From assembly GCA_030037855.1 (NCBI GenBank), contig JASHPY010000077.1, positions 2,035 through 66,034 on the forward strand: a stretch of 64,000 nt of DNA. The letters run 5' to 3'. A model generated the notes under the pieces. The model did not search any database. It had not been told where the DNA came from and was given only the letters and a program-made list of their open reading frames with translations. The position numbers and the translations under genes were made by a program. Source of the stretch: Thermoplasmata archaeon (GTDB taxonomy: Archaea > Thermoplasmatota > Thermoplasmata > Lutacidiplasmatales > UBA184). Shown one piece after another: positions 1 to 9,972 of this stretch; the first letter of the stretch is position 1; the number at the start of each line of letters is the position of its first letter.

Positions 1-176
1 TCACGCGCTTTCGGGAGGCGTTTCGGGCGACCACGGAATCTCCCTTGACCCCGGCAGGGCCCGGGAGAATATCACTCTCCCATCACCGGACCTCCCGGCC
101 CGGCCGAACGGTCTAGCGGTCGCCGGACCGATGGCCCGGACGCTCGAGGCAACCGGTCGGGGAGAGGACCGGCCGC

Positions 177-584
177 TCAGTGCAGGGCGACCGGCTGCGC
201 GGGAGTGGTGTCCGGCTCCACCACGACCGCGGTCCCGAACGCGAGAACCTCGGTCATCGAGTTCCCCATCTCCGACGTGTCGAACCCGACCGCAACGACC
301 GCGTTCGCGCCCAGGCTCTTCGCGTGCGCCACGAGCCGCTCGATCGCCTGGTGGCGGGTCTGCTCGAGCAGCTGGGTATAGAGCGTGATCTCGCCCCCAC
401 CCCAGGCTCGGAAGTACGCGGCGATGTTCTGCCCAAGGCCGCGCGACCGCACGAGCAACCCGAACGTCGTCCCGATGACGCGGGTCACATGGTACCCCGA
501 GACGAACGGAGTCGTCACCACGATCAGGTCGGTGGGAGGCGCAAAGGGGTTGGGCACGTCTGCTGGCAATTGCGACGCGGGCAT
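177..584 (-). CDS. YbjQ/UPF0145 family (putative heavy-metal-binding) domain protein
   Basis: C-terminal 135 aa of ORF 177..875 match the YbjQ/DUF74 fold (VVTTPFVSGY...GANAVVAVGFDTSE). Start set at internal Met (MPASQ...). The upstream 97 aa are R/S-rich and look non-coding. Confidence 0.6.
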   Translation of the reverse strand: MPASQLPADVPNPFAPPTDLIVVTTPFVSGYHVTRVIGTTFGLLVRSRGLGQNIAAYFRAWGGGEITLYTQLLEQTRHQAIERLVAHAKSLGANAVVAVGFDTSEMGNSMTEVLAFGTAVVVEPDTTPAQPVALH

Positions 585-732
585 GCCGAGGTCACCGCCG
601 AGGGGTTCAAGCCGTTTCCTCACGGGAGGCCCGGACCGCCCCGCCGTAGCCCGCGGCGACGCGCTTCTCCCGAGATCCCCGAGGAGGGACCCGGGCGCGT
701 CCACCGGCCGGTCGATCCCCGTTCGCGGGAGG

Positions 733-2031
733 ATGGCTGACGCACGGATTTCAAGGTGCGATACCTGGGCGGGACGTCGAATGCGCGACCCCCCACTCAC
801 CGCCTCGCTGGAGTCCGTGCGCCGCCTGACGATTGCGAAGCAGCACCTGGCCGGGCCTCGGCCGTCGCGCGCCACGTCCCGCGCGATCGTTTCGATGCTG
901 CGGGACGTCGCCTACATCCAGTGGGATCCGGTCAGCATCGTCGCTCCCTCCCACCTGATCTCCCTCTGGAGCCGGGTCGGCGACGTCCGGCCCGCGGCCC
1001 TGGACCGACTGCTGTGGAGAGCGAAGACGCTGTTCTTGCACTGGACGCCGATCGCCTCGCTCGTCCTGACCGAGGACTTTCCCCTCTACCGCTCCCTCAT
1101 GCGCCGCTACCCCGCGTCGCTCGGCCGGTCCTGGAACAGTCAGCGCGTCGCCGCGAGGAGGTTTCTCGCCACGCACGCGGAGCTCCGGAGAGAGGTACTG
1201 AGGGAACTGGGGAACGGTCCGCTCACGCTCGGCCAGTTCGAGGCTCACGTCCGAACGAGGCGGAACGACTCGGACTGGGCTCCCGCGAGCGATGTCTCGC
1301 TCCTGCTGTATCACCTACTGATGGGAGGGGAGGTGATGGTCGTCGGCCACGAGGGAAACCAGAACCTCTGGGGCCTCGCTGAGCCGTTCCTCCCGACCGG
1401 GGTCGACCGGACCGAGCTCACCGACGCAGAGTACGAGCGCACAGCGTCCCAGCGGGCCCTCCGTGCGCTCGGCACCGCGACCCCCCGCGAGATCAAGTTC
1501 CACTTCCCTCGAGGGCGGTACGACCGCCTCGGGTCGACCCTGGCGGCGCTGGAGGACGAGTCGCTCATCCACCGGGTCCGGGTCGAAGGGTTGTCCGATC
1601 GGGAGCCACGGTACATCCACGACCGAGACGTGCCGCGGCTCGAGTCGATGAGCACGTCGGCGTGGCACCCCCGCACCTCCCTGCTTCCGCCGTTCGACAA
1701 CCTGCTCGGTAGCACGCAGCAGGTCGACCGTTTGTTCGGTTTTCACTACATCCGGGAGCAGTTCCTACCGAAGGAGAAGCGCCGGTACGGAACCTACGTG
1801 CTGCCGATCCTGTCGGGCGAGAGGTTCGTCGGCCGGATCGACCCTCGACTCGACAAGACGACCGGGACGCTCGTGGTCCAGGCGGTGCACGCCGAGCCCG
1901 AGGCGGCCGACGACCGCGACGTCGCGGCGGACGTCGCCGAGACCGTCGCCCGGTTCGGCGAGTTCCTGCGTGCGACCCACGTGACGTACTCCTCGCGAGT
2001 TCCCCCGAATTGGAAGCGCGCGCTCCGTTGA
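733..2031 (+). CDS. YcaQ/DUF1006 winged-helix DNA-binding protein (AlkZ-like DNA glycosylase family)
   Basis: Family-typical blocks WTPIASLVL, FPLYRSLM, LLPPFDNLL, YVLPIL, RIDPRLDK. Start at Met117 of ORF 385..2031; Met at 781 is an alternative. Confidence 0.7.
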   Translation: MADARISRCDTWAGRRMRDPPLTASLESVRRLTIAKQHLAGPRPSRATSRAIVSMLRDVAYIQWDPVSIVAPSHLISLWSRVGDVRPAALDRLLWRAKTLFLHWTPIASLVLTEDFPLYRSLMRRYPASLGRSWNSQRVAARRFLATHAELRREVLRELGNGPLTLGQFEAHVRTRRNDSDWAPASDVSLLLYHLLMGGEVMVVGHEGNQNLWGLAEPFLPTGVDRTELTDAEYERTASQRALRALGTATPREIKFHFPRGRYDRLGSTLAALEDESLIHRVRVEGLSDREPRYIHDRDVPRLESMSTSAWHPRTSLLPPFDNLLGSTQQVDRLFGFHYIREQFLPKEKRRYGTYVLPILSGERFVGRIDPRLDKTTGTLVVQAVHAEPEAADDRDVAADVAETVARFGEFLRATHVTYSSRVPPNWKRALR

Positions 2032-2129
2032 GCGCGACCGCCGCCGGTCGGTCGCCCCCGAAATCGAGCGCTCGGACGAGGAGGTCCGCCGCGCGGACGG
2101 CCCCGCGGTCGAGCGGCTCACCGGACTCG

Positions 2130-2137
2130 TTTTAACG
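2130..2137 (+). promoter_or_regulatory. TATA-like box (TTTTAACG) about 26 nt upstream of the ABC permease ATG
   Basis: An isolated AT patch in 70% GC DNA. The spacing fits an archaeal leaderless mRNA. Confidence 0.4.
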
Positions 2138-2158
2138 GAATCGAAGTTGCGCGGCGCG

Positions 2159-2872
2159 ATGGCCCCGGAGAATCCGACCTCGCTGTTCCCGATCACGATC
2201 CGTCGCGCCTTCACGGTGGGCCGGTTCTTCGTCCTCTACGGGATGGTCGTGTCGGTGCTCGTCAGCGTCGCGCTCAGCTTCTCGGCCGGTCCGACGAGCT
2301 CCACGACGTTTCCGTTCCTCCTCCCGATCTTCAGCGTCCTCGGTTCGATGGGCGCGCTCGTCGTCTTCACCAACGACCGGGTCAAGGGCGTGCTCGAGTA
2401 CCTCCTCGCCTACGGGATGTCCCCCCGGGGCATCTTCGGGAACTTCCTCGCGACGGGCCTCGTGCTCACCTCGCTCATCCTCGCCGTCGCCGTCGGCGGG
2501 AGCCTGGCGGTACACCTCGCGCTCGGGATCCCGATCACGCTCCAGCTCGTCGAGCTGCTCGCGTTCTACGCGATTCCGATGAGCTACGCCTCGACCGCGT
2601 TCGCCGCCTCGGTCGGCATGTTCTGGACGTCGCTCTCCTCCCCGCGAACCGGGATGAACAGCCCGATCGGGCTCGTGCCGTTCGTCGGCATCCTACCGGC
2701 CCTGGGAACGCTCGGACTCCTGACGGTTCTCGCGACCCGCGGGGTCTATTCGTCGAACGAACTCGTGCTGGTCGCGCTCGGGGTGGTCGGGGTGATCGCG
2801 CTGGTCGTCGCACTGCTACTGAGCTCGACCGGACGGCTGCTCCGGCGGGAGCAATTGCTCTCGCCGCTCTAG
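2159..2872 (+). CDS. ABC-2 type transporter permease
   Basis: Six hydrophobic segments. Sits immediately upstream of an ABC ATPase, with GGAGG before the next gene. ATG 2159 is preferred over the tool's TTG 2147. Confidence 0.6.
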   Translation: MAPENPTSLFPITIRRAFTVGRFFVLYGMVVSVLVSVALSFSAGPTSSTTFPFLLPIFSVLGSMGALVVFTNDRVKGVLEYLLAYGMSPRGIFGNFLATGLVLTSLILAVAVGGSLAVHLALGIPITLQLVELLAFYAIPMSYASTAFAASVGMFWTSLSSPRTGMNSPIGLVPFVGILPALGTLGLLTVLATRGVYSSNELVLVALGVVGVIALVVALLLSSTGRLLRREQLLSPL

Positions 2873-2889
2873 CCGAGGAGGGGACGAGG

Positions 2890-3744
2890 ATGAGCGCTTC
2901 CGCGTCGATCGAGTGCCGCTCCCTGAGCGCGGGGTACGCCGGGAACCGCGTCCTGGAGGACGTCTCGTTCCGGATCGACGAGCCGGCGATCTACGTCCTG
3001 CTCGGCCCGAACGGGGCGGGCAAGACGACCCTCCTGCGGGTGCTCGCCGGGATCCTCGAGCCGTACGGGGGCGAGATCCGGGTCTCCGGGGCGCCGATCG
3101 GCGACCCCCATCGCCGGGACCAGGTCCACTACCTCTCCCACACGGACGGGATCCCGGACGGGCTCACCGTCCGCGAGGCGCTCGAGTTCTACGCGCGGGT
3201 CGAGCGGGCCGGCGCTTCGGACGTCGAGCGCGTGCTGGACCTGCTCGAGATCCGGGCGCTGGGGGATCGGTATCTCTCGCAACTCAGCGCCGGACAGCGG
3301 AAGCGGGTCTCGATCGCCCGCGTCTTCCTTCGCGAGCGGGCGGTCTACCTGCTGGACGAACCCACGAGCAACCTCGACCCCGGCGTCGCGAGCGAGATCC
3401 GCGCGCTGATCCTGAACCTGAGCCGCGAGAAGATCGTGATCTACTCCTCCCACAATCTCTTCGAGGCCCGGGAGATCGGCCGATACGTCCTCACGATCAA
3501 GGGCGGCCGGCTCACGCTCTTCTCCCGCCTCGACGCCCTACGGAGCGCGCACTTCGTGATCGGGATCCGCGCCCTCGGGCCGTCGGACGCGCTCACCGGG
3601 CTCGCTCGACAGGGCGACTACTACCTCCGGGAGCTGAACGGACCGGAAGACGTGCCGGAGCTGATCCGCGACCTCGAGGCCCGCGGCGTGAGGATCCGGG
3701 AGGTTCGCGAGATGGGGAATCCGCTGGAGGACCTGTTCACCTGA
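2890..3744 (+). CDS. ABC transporter ATP-binding protein
   Basis: Walker A GPNGAGKTT, ABC signature LSAGQRKR, Walker B LLDEPTSNLD. A GGAGG RBS lies about 10 nt upstream. Confidence 0.9.
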   Translation: MSASASIECRSLSAGYAGNRVLEDVSFRIDEPAIYVLLGPNGAGKTTLLRVLAGILEPYGGEIRVSGAPIGDPHRRDQVHYLSHTDGIPDGLTVREALEFYARVERAGASDVERVLDLLEIRALGDRYLSQLSAGQRKRVSIARVFLRERAVYLLDEPTSNLDPGVASEIRALILNLSREKIVIYSSHNLFEAREIGRYVLTIKGGRLTLFSRLDALRSAHFVIGIRALGPSDALTGLARQGDYYLRELNGPEDVPELIRDLEARGVRIREVREMGNPLEDLFT

Positions 3745-3783
3745 GGTCCCCTTCGGTCGGCGGAGCGGGAGGGAGGACGAAGC

Positions 3784-4203
3784 ATGTCGGACACGCGGAA
3801 CGCCGAGGGAAAGCTCTGGGTCGGCTCGGTCGTGATAGACTGCCGGCGGTTCGAGGAGATGATCTCGTTCTGGAAGGACGCGCTCGGGTACGAGTTCCGC
3901 GCGCCCCCCTCCGACGACTGGGCGATCCTCGAGGACCCGCGCGGGGTCGGGCCCAACCTCTCGTTCCAGAAGGACCCGGACGGTCCGGGCGCGACGTACT
4001 GGTTCCACTTCGACCTCTACTCCTCCGATCTTCGCGGCGAGGTCGCCCGTCTCGTCGGACTCGGGGCGAAGGTGATCCGACCGGCGCGAGAAGGGACCGA
4101 CTACGTGACGCTCGTCGACCCGGACGGGAACCCGTTCGACGTCATCGATACGCCCGGGTTCCGGTACGGGCAGCGGAGCGACCCGGTCGACGATCGGACC
4201 TAG
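3784..4203 (+). CDS. VOC/glyoxalase-like domain protein
   Basis: Glyoxalase-fold spacing (VVIDCRRFEE...DPDGNPFDVID). A GGGAGGGAGG RBS precedes it. Same operon as the ABC genes. Confidence 0.6.
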   Translation: MSDTRNAEGKLWVGSVVIDCRRFEEMISFWKDALGYEFRAPPSDDWAILEDPRGVGPNLSFQKDPDGPGATYWFHFDLYSSDLRGEVARLVGLGAKVIRPAREGTDYVTLVDPDGNPFDVIDTPGFRYGQRSDPVDDRT

Positions 4204-6023
4204 GCCGGGCGGCCCGCGGCCGGCCCCTCCGTCGGAACGTCCTCGAGCGAGAGCAACCGGCCGACCGGATACTCTCCGATCCGCTGGGCGGCGAACCACG
4301 GGGACCGCTCGTAGAAGAAGTCGAGCCGGGCGCCCGGGTTCCCCGCGAACGCAGGGTCCTTCAGGCGCGACTCGAACTCGGTCTTCTGCGCGGGGTCGCT
4401 GGCGAGCGCCTTCGCCGCGAGCGGCTCGAGCACGTACGGCTCGGCGCCTTCCTTCTGCTCGAAGATCGCGTCGAAGAAGCCCCAGCGCAGCGCCGAGTCC
4501 GGGGCTTCGGGCTCGAGCCAGTGGATCGCCACCTTGGACAGACGCTGGTCGAGGGGGACCACCACGGGCCCTTCCGGGAACGTCATCGTCTCCACCGAAA
4601 GGACGCACGAACCGAACGCCCCGAACTCGCGCTCGACGTTGCCCCCGCGGAGGATCGGAAACCGCCCCTCGAACGGACGGCTCGGCCACCGCATGCCGGA
4701 GCACCGGTACCGCTCCACCCGGCCGGTCCACTCGGTGGTCGTCCGGCGCATCGCGACCCCGTGCGCCTCGAGGACGTCGACGACGCGGGTCCACGGTCGC
4801 GGGACGATGTACCCGCTCGGGGGACGGACCGTGACCGCGACCCGCGCCCGCGTCTCCATGGGTAGCCGGGTCGCGCGGGGCTCGCGCGAGTAGCGGACCG
4901 CGGTCGACCCCGAGGCCGCGCTCGGGTACCGATCGTACCCCACCCCCCGGAACGGGACCTCGGTCGTCTCCCCCGTCGACGCGACCACGAGCGGGAAGTC
5001 GGCCGCGCGGCCCGGTCGCGTGCCGAGGCGGCTCGCCGCTTCGTCCGCGTCCCGGTTGCGCGCCTTCAATGCCGGGGCCTCTCGATCCAGGATCTCGAGG
5101 AGCCCCCGGAGGACCTCGTAGTTCCCGCCCACCCGGGTCCGATAGTCCTTGAGCATGTGCATCTCGACCAGGAGCGCAGGTCGGTTCTCGAGGGTCACGT
5201 ACCCCGTCGAGAAGCGTGGCGGGTTCTCGTTGAACGCGAGTCCCTGCGCGGGGTCGGCATCGTCCCGGAGGAACACCGCCGCGGGGAACGCGAGATGCCC
5301 GCTCGCGTTCACGTGGCGTTCGATCCCGGGCGTGACGACCGACCGGACCCATTCCGCGGTCGCGGGGAAGACGTCGGGGGTCGCGTCGATCGCGAACGTG
5401 ACGTCGTACTCGAAGTCGGCTCCGTCGGTGACGTGGTCGTCCACGAAGAAATCCGGCATCCACCGGTGGAACAGCCGAAGGAACGCCCGGGTTTCGGGCG
5501 CGTCCGCCTTCAGGTAATCGCGGTTCAGGTTGAGATTGGTAGCGTTCGCGCGCCAGCCGGCGGGCTCGGGCCCGTTCTGGTTGATCCGGTGGAACCCCGA
5601 GCGGCGCTCGTGCCCGTCGACGTTGTAGATCGGGACGACGACGAGGACGACCCGCTCGAGTAGCTTCGCTCGCTCCTCCTTCCGCACGACGTCCCGCAGC
5701 AGCGCGAGACAGGCGTCCTTTCCGTCGGGCTCTCCCGAGTGGATGCAGTTCTGGACGAGGAGGACCGCCCGGCCCGAGGCGTGGACGGTGGCCGGGTCGA
5801 AGACCCCGTCCCGAGAGGCGACCACCGCGAGCAGCGGGCGGCCCTCCCCGCTCCGTCCGAAGCTCTCGAGCCGTATCCGGTCCGGATACGCGCGCGCCAG
5901 CCGCTCAAGGTACGCGACGGTCTCGGCGAAGGTCGGCGTCGTGCGATATCCGCTCCGCTCCGCCGGTGTGGCCCAGTCCGTCTCGGAGTCCGGGGCGTCT
6001 CGGACCGACTCGGGGGAACTCAT
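4200..6023 (-). CDS. M14 family zinc carboxypeptidase-like protein
   Basis: M14-like blocks: HSGEP, VVPIYNVDGHERR, NLNRDY. Start taken at the ATG (MSSPESV); the tool's GTG at 6083 is an alternative. Confidence 0.6.
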   Translation of the reverse strand: MSSPESVRDAPDSETDWATPAERSGYRTTPTFAETVAYLERLARAYPDRIRLESFGRSGEGRPLLAVVASRDGVFDPATVHASGRAVLLVQNCIHSGEPDGKDACLALLRDVVRKEERAKLLERVVLVVVPIYNVDGHERRSGFHRINQNGPEPAGWRANATNLNLNRDYLKADAPETRAFLRLFHRWMPDFFVDDHVTDGADFEYDVTFAIDATPDVFPATAEWVRSVVTPGIERHVNASGHLAFPAAVFLRDDADPAQGLAFNENPPRFSTGYVTLENRPALLVEMHMLKDYRTRVGGNYEVLRGLLEILDREAPALKARNRDADEAASRLGTRPGRAADFPLVVASTGETTEVPFRGVGYDRYPSAASGSTAVRYSREPRATRLPMETRARVAVTVRPPSGYIVPRPWTRVVDVLEAHGVAMRRTTTEWTGRVERYRCSGMRWPSRPFEGRFPILRGGNVEREFGAFGSCVLSVETMTFPEGPVVVPLDQRLSKVAIHWLEPEAPDSALRWGFFDAIFEQKEGAEPYVLEPLAAKALASDPAQKTEFESRLKDPAFAGNPGARLDFFYERSPWFAAQRIGEYPVGRLLSLEDVPTEGPAAGRPA

Positions 6024-6180
6024 GCTGCAGCGCTCCGACGGTCGCACGACCGGGTCGAACGGACAGCCGGTCGGGCTAATCACCCCTTACGAAGAGCGAT
6101 CGCCTCCGGGACCCCGCCGGCCCGAGGCGAACCGATCTCGATCGCGTTATCGGCCGTCGCGGTTCCGGGAGCGACCGGCG

Positions 6181-6843
6181 ATGGCGAAGGAGAGGAAGCG
6201 CTGCGCGTGGGCGCGTACCGACGACCCGGTGATGCGCGAGTACCACGACCGGGAGTGGGGAGTCCCCCAACACAGCGACCGTCGGCACTTCGAGTTCCTG
6301 ATCCTGGAGGGCGCTCAGGCGGGGCTCAGCTGGTCGACGATCCTCCACCGGCGCGCCGGCTACTCGAACGCGTTCGCCGGGTTCGACCCGGTCCGGGTGG
6401 CCCGATTCTCCCCGCGCCGAGTCGAGTCGCTGATGCGCGATTCGGGCATCATCCGAAACCGACGGAAGATCGAGTCCGCGGTGACGAACGCGAAGGCGTT
6501 CCTGAAGGTCGCGCGCGAGTTCGGCTCGTTCGACGCCTACTGCTGGCGGTTCGTGGGAGGGCGACCCCGGCAGAATCGCTGGGGGGCGGGCCGCCCGGTT
6601 CCGGCGACCACCGCGGAGTCGGACGCCTTCAGCCACGACCTGAAGTCGCGGGGCTTCCGCTTCGTCGGTTCGACGATCGTGTACGCACACATGCAGGCGG
6701 TCGGAATGGTGAACGACCACCTTCCGAGCTGCTTCCGGTACTCGGAGATCGGTCGCCGCGCCGGCCGGGAGATCGCCCCGCACCCCCGCTCTCGCCCGGT
6801 CGGGGGACCGGTGGCGGCGGCTAGAGACCGACGCGCAGCTTGA
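6181..6843 (+). CDS. tag: DNA-3-methyladenine glycosylase I
   Basis: Matches the Tag signature CAWARTDDPVMREYHDREWGVP...FEFLILEGAQAGLSWSTIL. Start at internal Met147 of ORF 5743..6843; the upstream part is non-coding-like. Confidence 0.85.
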   Translation: MAKERKRCAWARTDDPVMREYHDREWGVPQHSDRRHFEFLILEGAQAGLSWSTILHRRAGYSNAFAGFDPVRVARFSPRRVESLMRDSGIIRNRRKIESAVTNAKAFLKVAREFGSFDAYCWRFVGGRPRQNRWGAGRPVPATTAESDAFSHDLKSRGFRFVGSTIVYAHMQAVGMVNDHLPSCFRYSEIGRRAGREIAPHPRSRPVGGPVAAARDRRAA

Positions 6844-7519
6844 CGTTCTGCCACCGCGACGGCTCGACTCGGGCCGCGCAGAGGTCGGTGACGGCCTGGA
6901 AGAACGGCGGAGGGGCGTTCGGCCGCACGGACGCCAGCAACCTCGAGAGTTCCGTCACGTTCAGCGACGGAAGCATCCACCCGAGGATCGCGAACAAGCG
7001 ATCCGGAGGCATGCTCGCGATGATCTTCCCCTGCATGCCGAGCATCTCGGCGTCCGTGAGGTGTTGCTGCATGAACGGGGTGAGCTCGGTCTCCTCGCGA
7101 TTCATGTGGTTGAGGTAGGCGACGAGGAGCTCGTTCGCGGCGGCGTTCAGGCGACGGCCGGCCGCGACTCGCTCCTCCGAGGAACGCAATCCCGAGATGT
7201 CGTGCACCCCCTTCTCGAGAGCCAGCTCCCGACGGGTGAGGTCGTGATGTTCCTCGATGAGCTCGGTGACGAGCCGCTGGCCCGCGAGGGGCGGGGCCAC
7301 GAAGATCTGCGTCTCCTCGTCGGAGGCATGTTTACCCATCACGCAGAGGACGCAACCCGCCGACCGGGCCACGGCGAAGTCGTGCTCGAGGTCGGTCGCG
7401 AGCGCCGCGGTCGCGGTCGCGTCGGCGAAGTCGTTCGTCTGGAGACGGCTCGACAGGTTGTAGAGCATCGAGCGCAGCCCCTTGTGGATCGGCGTGAACA
7501 GGTCCTCCGTAGCGGTCAT
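6821..7519 (-). CDS. hemerythrin HHE cation-binding domain protein
   Basis: N-terminal DLFTPIHKGLRSMLYNL, then His/Glu-rich helices (EEHHDLTRRELALE). A GGAGG lies about 14 nt upstream. Confidence 0.7.
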   Translation of the reverse strand: MTATEDLFTPIHKGLRSMLYNLSSRLQTNDFADATATAALATDLEHDFAVARSAGCVLCVMGKHASDEETQIFVAPPLAGQRLVTELIEEHHDLTRRELALEKGVHDISGLRSSEERVAAGRRLNAAANELLVAYLNHMNREETELTPFMQQHLTDAEMLGMQGKIIASMPPDRLFAILGWMLPSLNVTELSRLLASVRPNAPPPFFQAVTDLCAARVEPSRWQNVKLRVGL

Positions 7520-7639
7520 AGTTCGTCCGGCATCCTCCGACCGTGCAGCGGATTCACGTCGGGTATTAGTAACTCGACCCCGGCAGCGTAGCGACGGCGG
7601 GACGGTGTCGTCCGCCCGGGGGCGGGACCTCGACCGCCG

Positions 7640-8035
7640 CTACTCGGGGAGCGGTCCGAAGAACTCGAGCCAATTTCCGTCCGGGTCGCGCGTGTACACG
7701 ATGTTCTCGTAGCGTTCCCGGATCCGTGCGACAATCGGGAACCGTCGGCGACGCAGTTCCGCCTCCCACGCCTCGACGCTCGAGACCCGGAACCCGAAGT
7801 GGTCGAACTCCGTCCCTCTCCGAAACGGCGTGTGGAACCGGTTCCCTCGCGGGTAGTAGTTGAGTTCGATCCACTGGGTCGCACCGGGAAAGATCAGATG
7901 CACCCAGACCCCACCGTGGTCCATCCGCCCGCGCCGCAGGACTCGGAATCCCATCTTCCGATAGAACCGGAGCGACCGCGCGAGGTTCCGAACGCGAAGC
8001 CCAGCGTAGCGGAACTCGACCTTGACTCGGGGCAC
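7640..8035 (-). CDS. VOC/glyoxalase family protein
   Basis: Glyoxalase-fold repeats (FDHFGFRV...DPDGNWLEF). Confidence 0.6.
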   Translation of the reverse strand: MPRVKVEFRYAGLRVRNLARSLRFYRKMGFRVLRRGRMDHGGVWVHLIFPGATQWIELNYYPRGNRFHTPFRRGTEFDHFGFRVSSVEAWEAELRRRRFPIVARIRERYENIVYTRDPDGNWLEFFGPLPE

Positions 8036-8168
8036 GAGGCTCCGAGACGAGTACGCGGTTTAACGCTTCCGGCCGCGTCCCGCCGGCGGCGGGGCGAGGC
8101 CCCGATTCGTCGCCGGGCGGCTCGCGTCCGATAGGTTTGAGTCGCCCGAGCTCCTGCGGGGCCGACGC

Positions 8169-8603
8169 ATGGAGATGCAGATCCGTCCGTTCGCGGCCCG
8201 AGACGAACCCGAGGTGATCTCGCTGTGGGAGCGATGCGAGCTGACCCGACCGTGGAACGACCCCCGCAAGGACATTCATCGAAAGGTCAGCGTCAGCCCC
8301 GACCTCTTCCTCGTGGGAGAAGTCGACGGACACGTCGTCGCGGCGGTGATGGCCGGTTACGAGGGTCACCGGGGCTGGTTGAACTACCTCGCGATCGACC
8401 CGTCGCTTCGACGCCGCGGGCTGGGTCGAGCGATCGTCGAGGAAGCCGAGAGACGACTGCGCCTCCGGGGCTGCCCGAAGGTCAACCTCCAGGTGCGGAC
8501 CACCAATCGGGAGGCCATCGAGTTCTACCGACGGCTCGGTTACTCGGTGGACGAGGCGGTCAGCATGGGGAAGCGCCTCGAGTCGGACGAGCCGACGCGC
8601 TGA
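8169..8603 (+). CDS. GNAT family N-acetyltransferase
   Basis: Acetyl-CoA binding motif RRRGLGRAIV...FYRRLGY. Confidence 0.8.
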   Translation: MEMQIRPFAARDEPEVISLWERCELTRPWNDPRKDIHRKVSVSPDLFLVGEVDGHVVAAVMAGYEGHRGWLNYLAIDPSLRRRGLGRAIVEEAERRLRLRGCPKVNLQVRTTNREAIEFYRRLGYSVDEAVSMGKRLESDEPTR

Positions 8604-8682
8604 GCGTTCGGTCGTCGAGCCCGCGGCCGCCCGAACTACGAGCGGTCGTTCGGCCGCGGCGGCGGATCGACGCGGCCCGGAG

Positions 8683-8886
8683 TCACTTCGACTCGGGGTC
8701 GCTCCACTCTCGCATCGGGGTTCGGCGAACCCCGGCCGCCCGGGCGAGGGCGCTCTTGGCCCCCTCCTTCGCGAGGTGGGGTGCGTGCGTGACGTCGATC
8801 TCGACGTCCTTGCCGATCCCTCCCAGTGCCTGACCGATCTCGTGCAAGTGCTCTCGGAACCGTGGTCGCTCGGACTCGTCGCTCAT
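8683..8886 (-). CDS. hypothetical small protein (67 aa)
   Basis: Internal Met of ORF 8683..8943. GC3 about 85% and balanced composition. No family recognised. Confidence 0.3.
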   Translation of the reverse strand: MSDESERPRFREHLHEIGQALGGIGKDVEIDVTHAPHLAKEGAKSALARAAGVRRTPMREWSDPESK

Positions 8887-9045
8887 GGGCTCGGACCGAG
8901 GCCTCGGGGCTGATAGCGGAAAAACCTTGAGGTGCACCGGCATCGCGGCGACCCCGCGCGGCCCGCCCCGGGGCGCGGGCCCCGTCCGGAGGAGCCGGGG
9001 CGCTCGCCTCCTGGTGCGAAGCCGCTCGATCCACGGGCGGGTCGG

Positions 9046-9972
9046 CTACCCCGGGGGCGTCTTCATTCGCTCCCGCACGGACGCGACGTTCTGCTCGAAC
9101 GACTCGGCCATCGCCCACGAACGGAACCGGGCGGGGATCTCGACGTCCTTCGACTCACGCGCCGCCTCGCGAACGGCCGTGAGGTAATCTCGGGCGACCT
9201 CGATCGTCTCGGGGGTTCCGAGCGGTCCGTGACCGGTACCGATGCGTTCCGGATGCAGCTCGTCGATCCGATCCAGAATCTCGAGCCACGTCGGAAGGTC
9301 GCCCGACGCGAGGTTGGGGTGGTTGTCCGCGACGAGCAGGTCCCCCGCGAAGAGGATCCGGCTCTTCGGCAGCCAGAGCAGCGCGTCGCTCTCGGAGTGA
9401 CCCCCTCCGTAGGTAAGGAGCGAGGCGTCGAGGTCGCCGGGCAATCGGAGCTCCCCATCGAACCCGTCGGAAGGGGGCGTCAATCGGATCTCCGCGGCCT
9501 CGGTGCGCAGCATCCGATGGAACCGGAGCGGCTCGTCGTACTCGGCCCGGCCGCCGTCGGTGGATTGCGCGCGCTGCCGCTCTTCGAGCTCGCGGATCTC
9601 GGCGTCGAGCTTCGCGGGCGTGAGCTCCTGCTCCATCTCGGCCCTCAACTGGAGCACCCTCTCGATCGTTCGCCGCGTCGCGTAGATCGGACGGTCGGCA
9701 AAGACCTGGTTTCCGAGCAAGTGATCGAGGTGGCGGTGACTATTGACAGCAAAGGACGGCGGGCGACCGGTGAGCGCGACCGACGCGGCCCGGATCTCCC
9801 GGGCCGAGTGGAGCGTCAAACTGGTGTCGAAGACCACCGTCGCGCCGCCGAGGTCGATGACGCCGGTGTTGGAGAGCCCCGTTCCTTGCGGGCGCGCGCG
9901 GCCGAAGCTGACCCCGTCCTCCAGCGTCTCGAACGCATAGTGAGTCGACCCGTGCGCCGTCGATTCGGACAT
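9046..9972 (-). CDS. MBL-fold metallo-hydrolase
   Basis: HRHLDH metal-binding motif and later GHG/HSESD blocks. The N-terminal 100 aa of ORF 9046..10275 are R/G-rich junk. Start at MSESTAH; MPKP at 9999 is an alternative. Confidence 0.7.
   Translation of the reverse strand: MSESTAHGSTHYAFETLEDGVSFGRARPQGTGLSNTGVIDLGGATVVFDTSLTLHSAREIRAASVALTGRPPSFAVNSHRHLDHLLGNQVFADRPIYATRRTIERVLQLRAEMEQELTPAKLDAEIRELEERQRAQSTDGGRAEYDEPLRFHRMLRTEAAEIRLTPPSDGFDGELRLPGDLDASLLTYGGGHSESDALLWLPKSRILFAGDLLVADNHPNLASGDLPTWLEILDRIDELHPERIGTGHGPLGTPETIEVARDYLTAVREAARESKDVEIPARFRSWAMAESFEQNVASVRERMKTPPG

Noticed and set aside
385-732. N-terminal extension of the YcaQ ORF
   Set aside because: Overlaps the divergent YbjQ gene and is Pro/Arg-rich. 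The YcaQ family starts near the LTASLESVRRL block.
2913-5463. 650-aa and 641-aa R/P/G-rich ORFs overlapping the ABC ATPase, VOC and carboxypeptidase genes
   Set aside because: Extreme Arg/Pro/Gly composition typical of off-frame translation of GC-rich coding DNA. The recognised genes occupy the same DNA in other frames.
5743-6180. N-terminal 146 codons of the ORF containing tag
   Set aside because: S/R/P-rich with no similarity to Tag, which begins at the conserved C-x-W...DP-Y-YHD-EWG block. This stretch overlaps the divergent carboxypeptidase start region.
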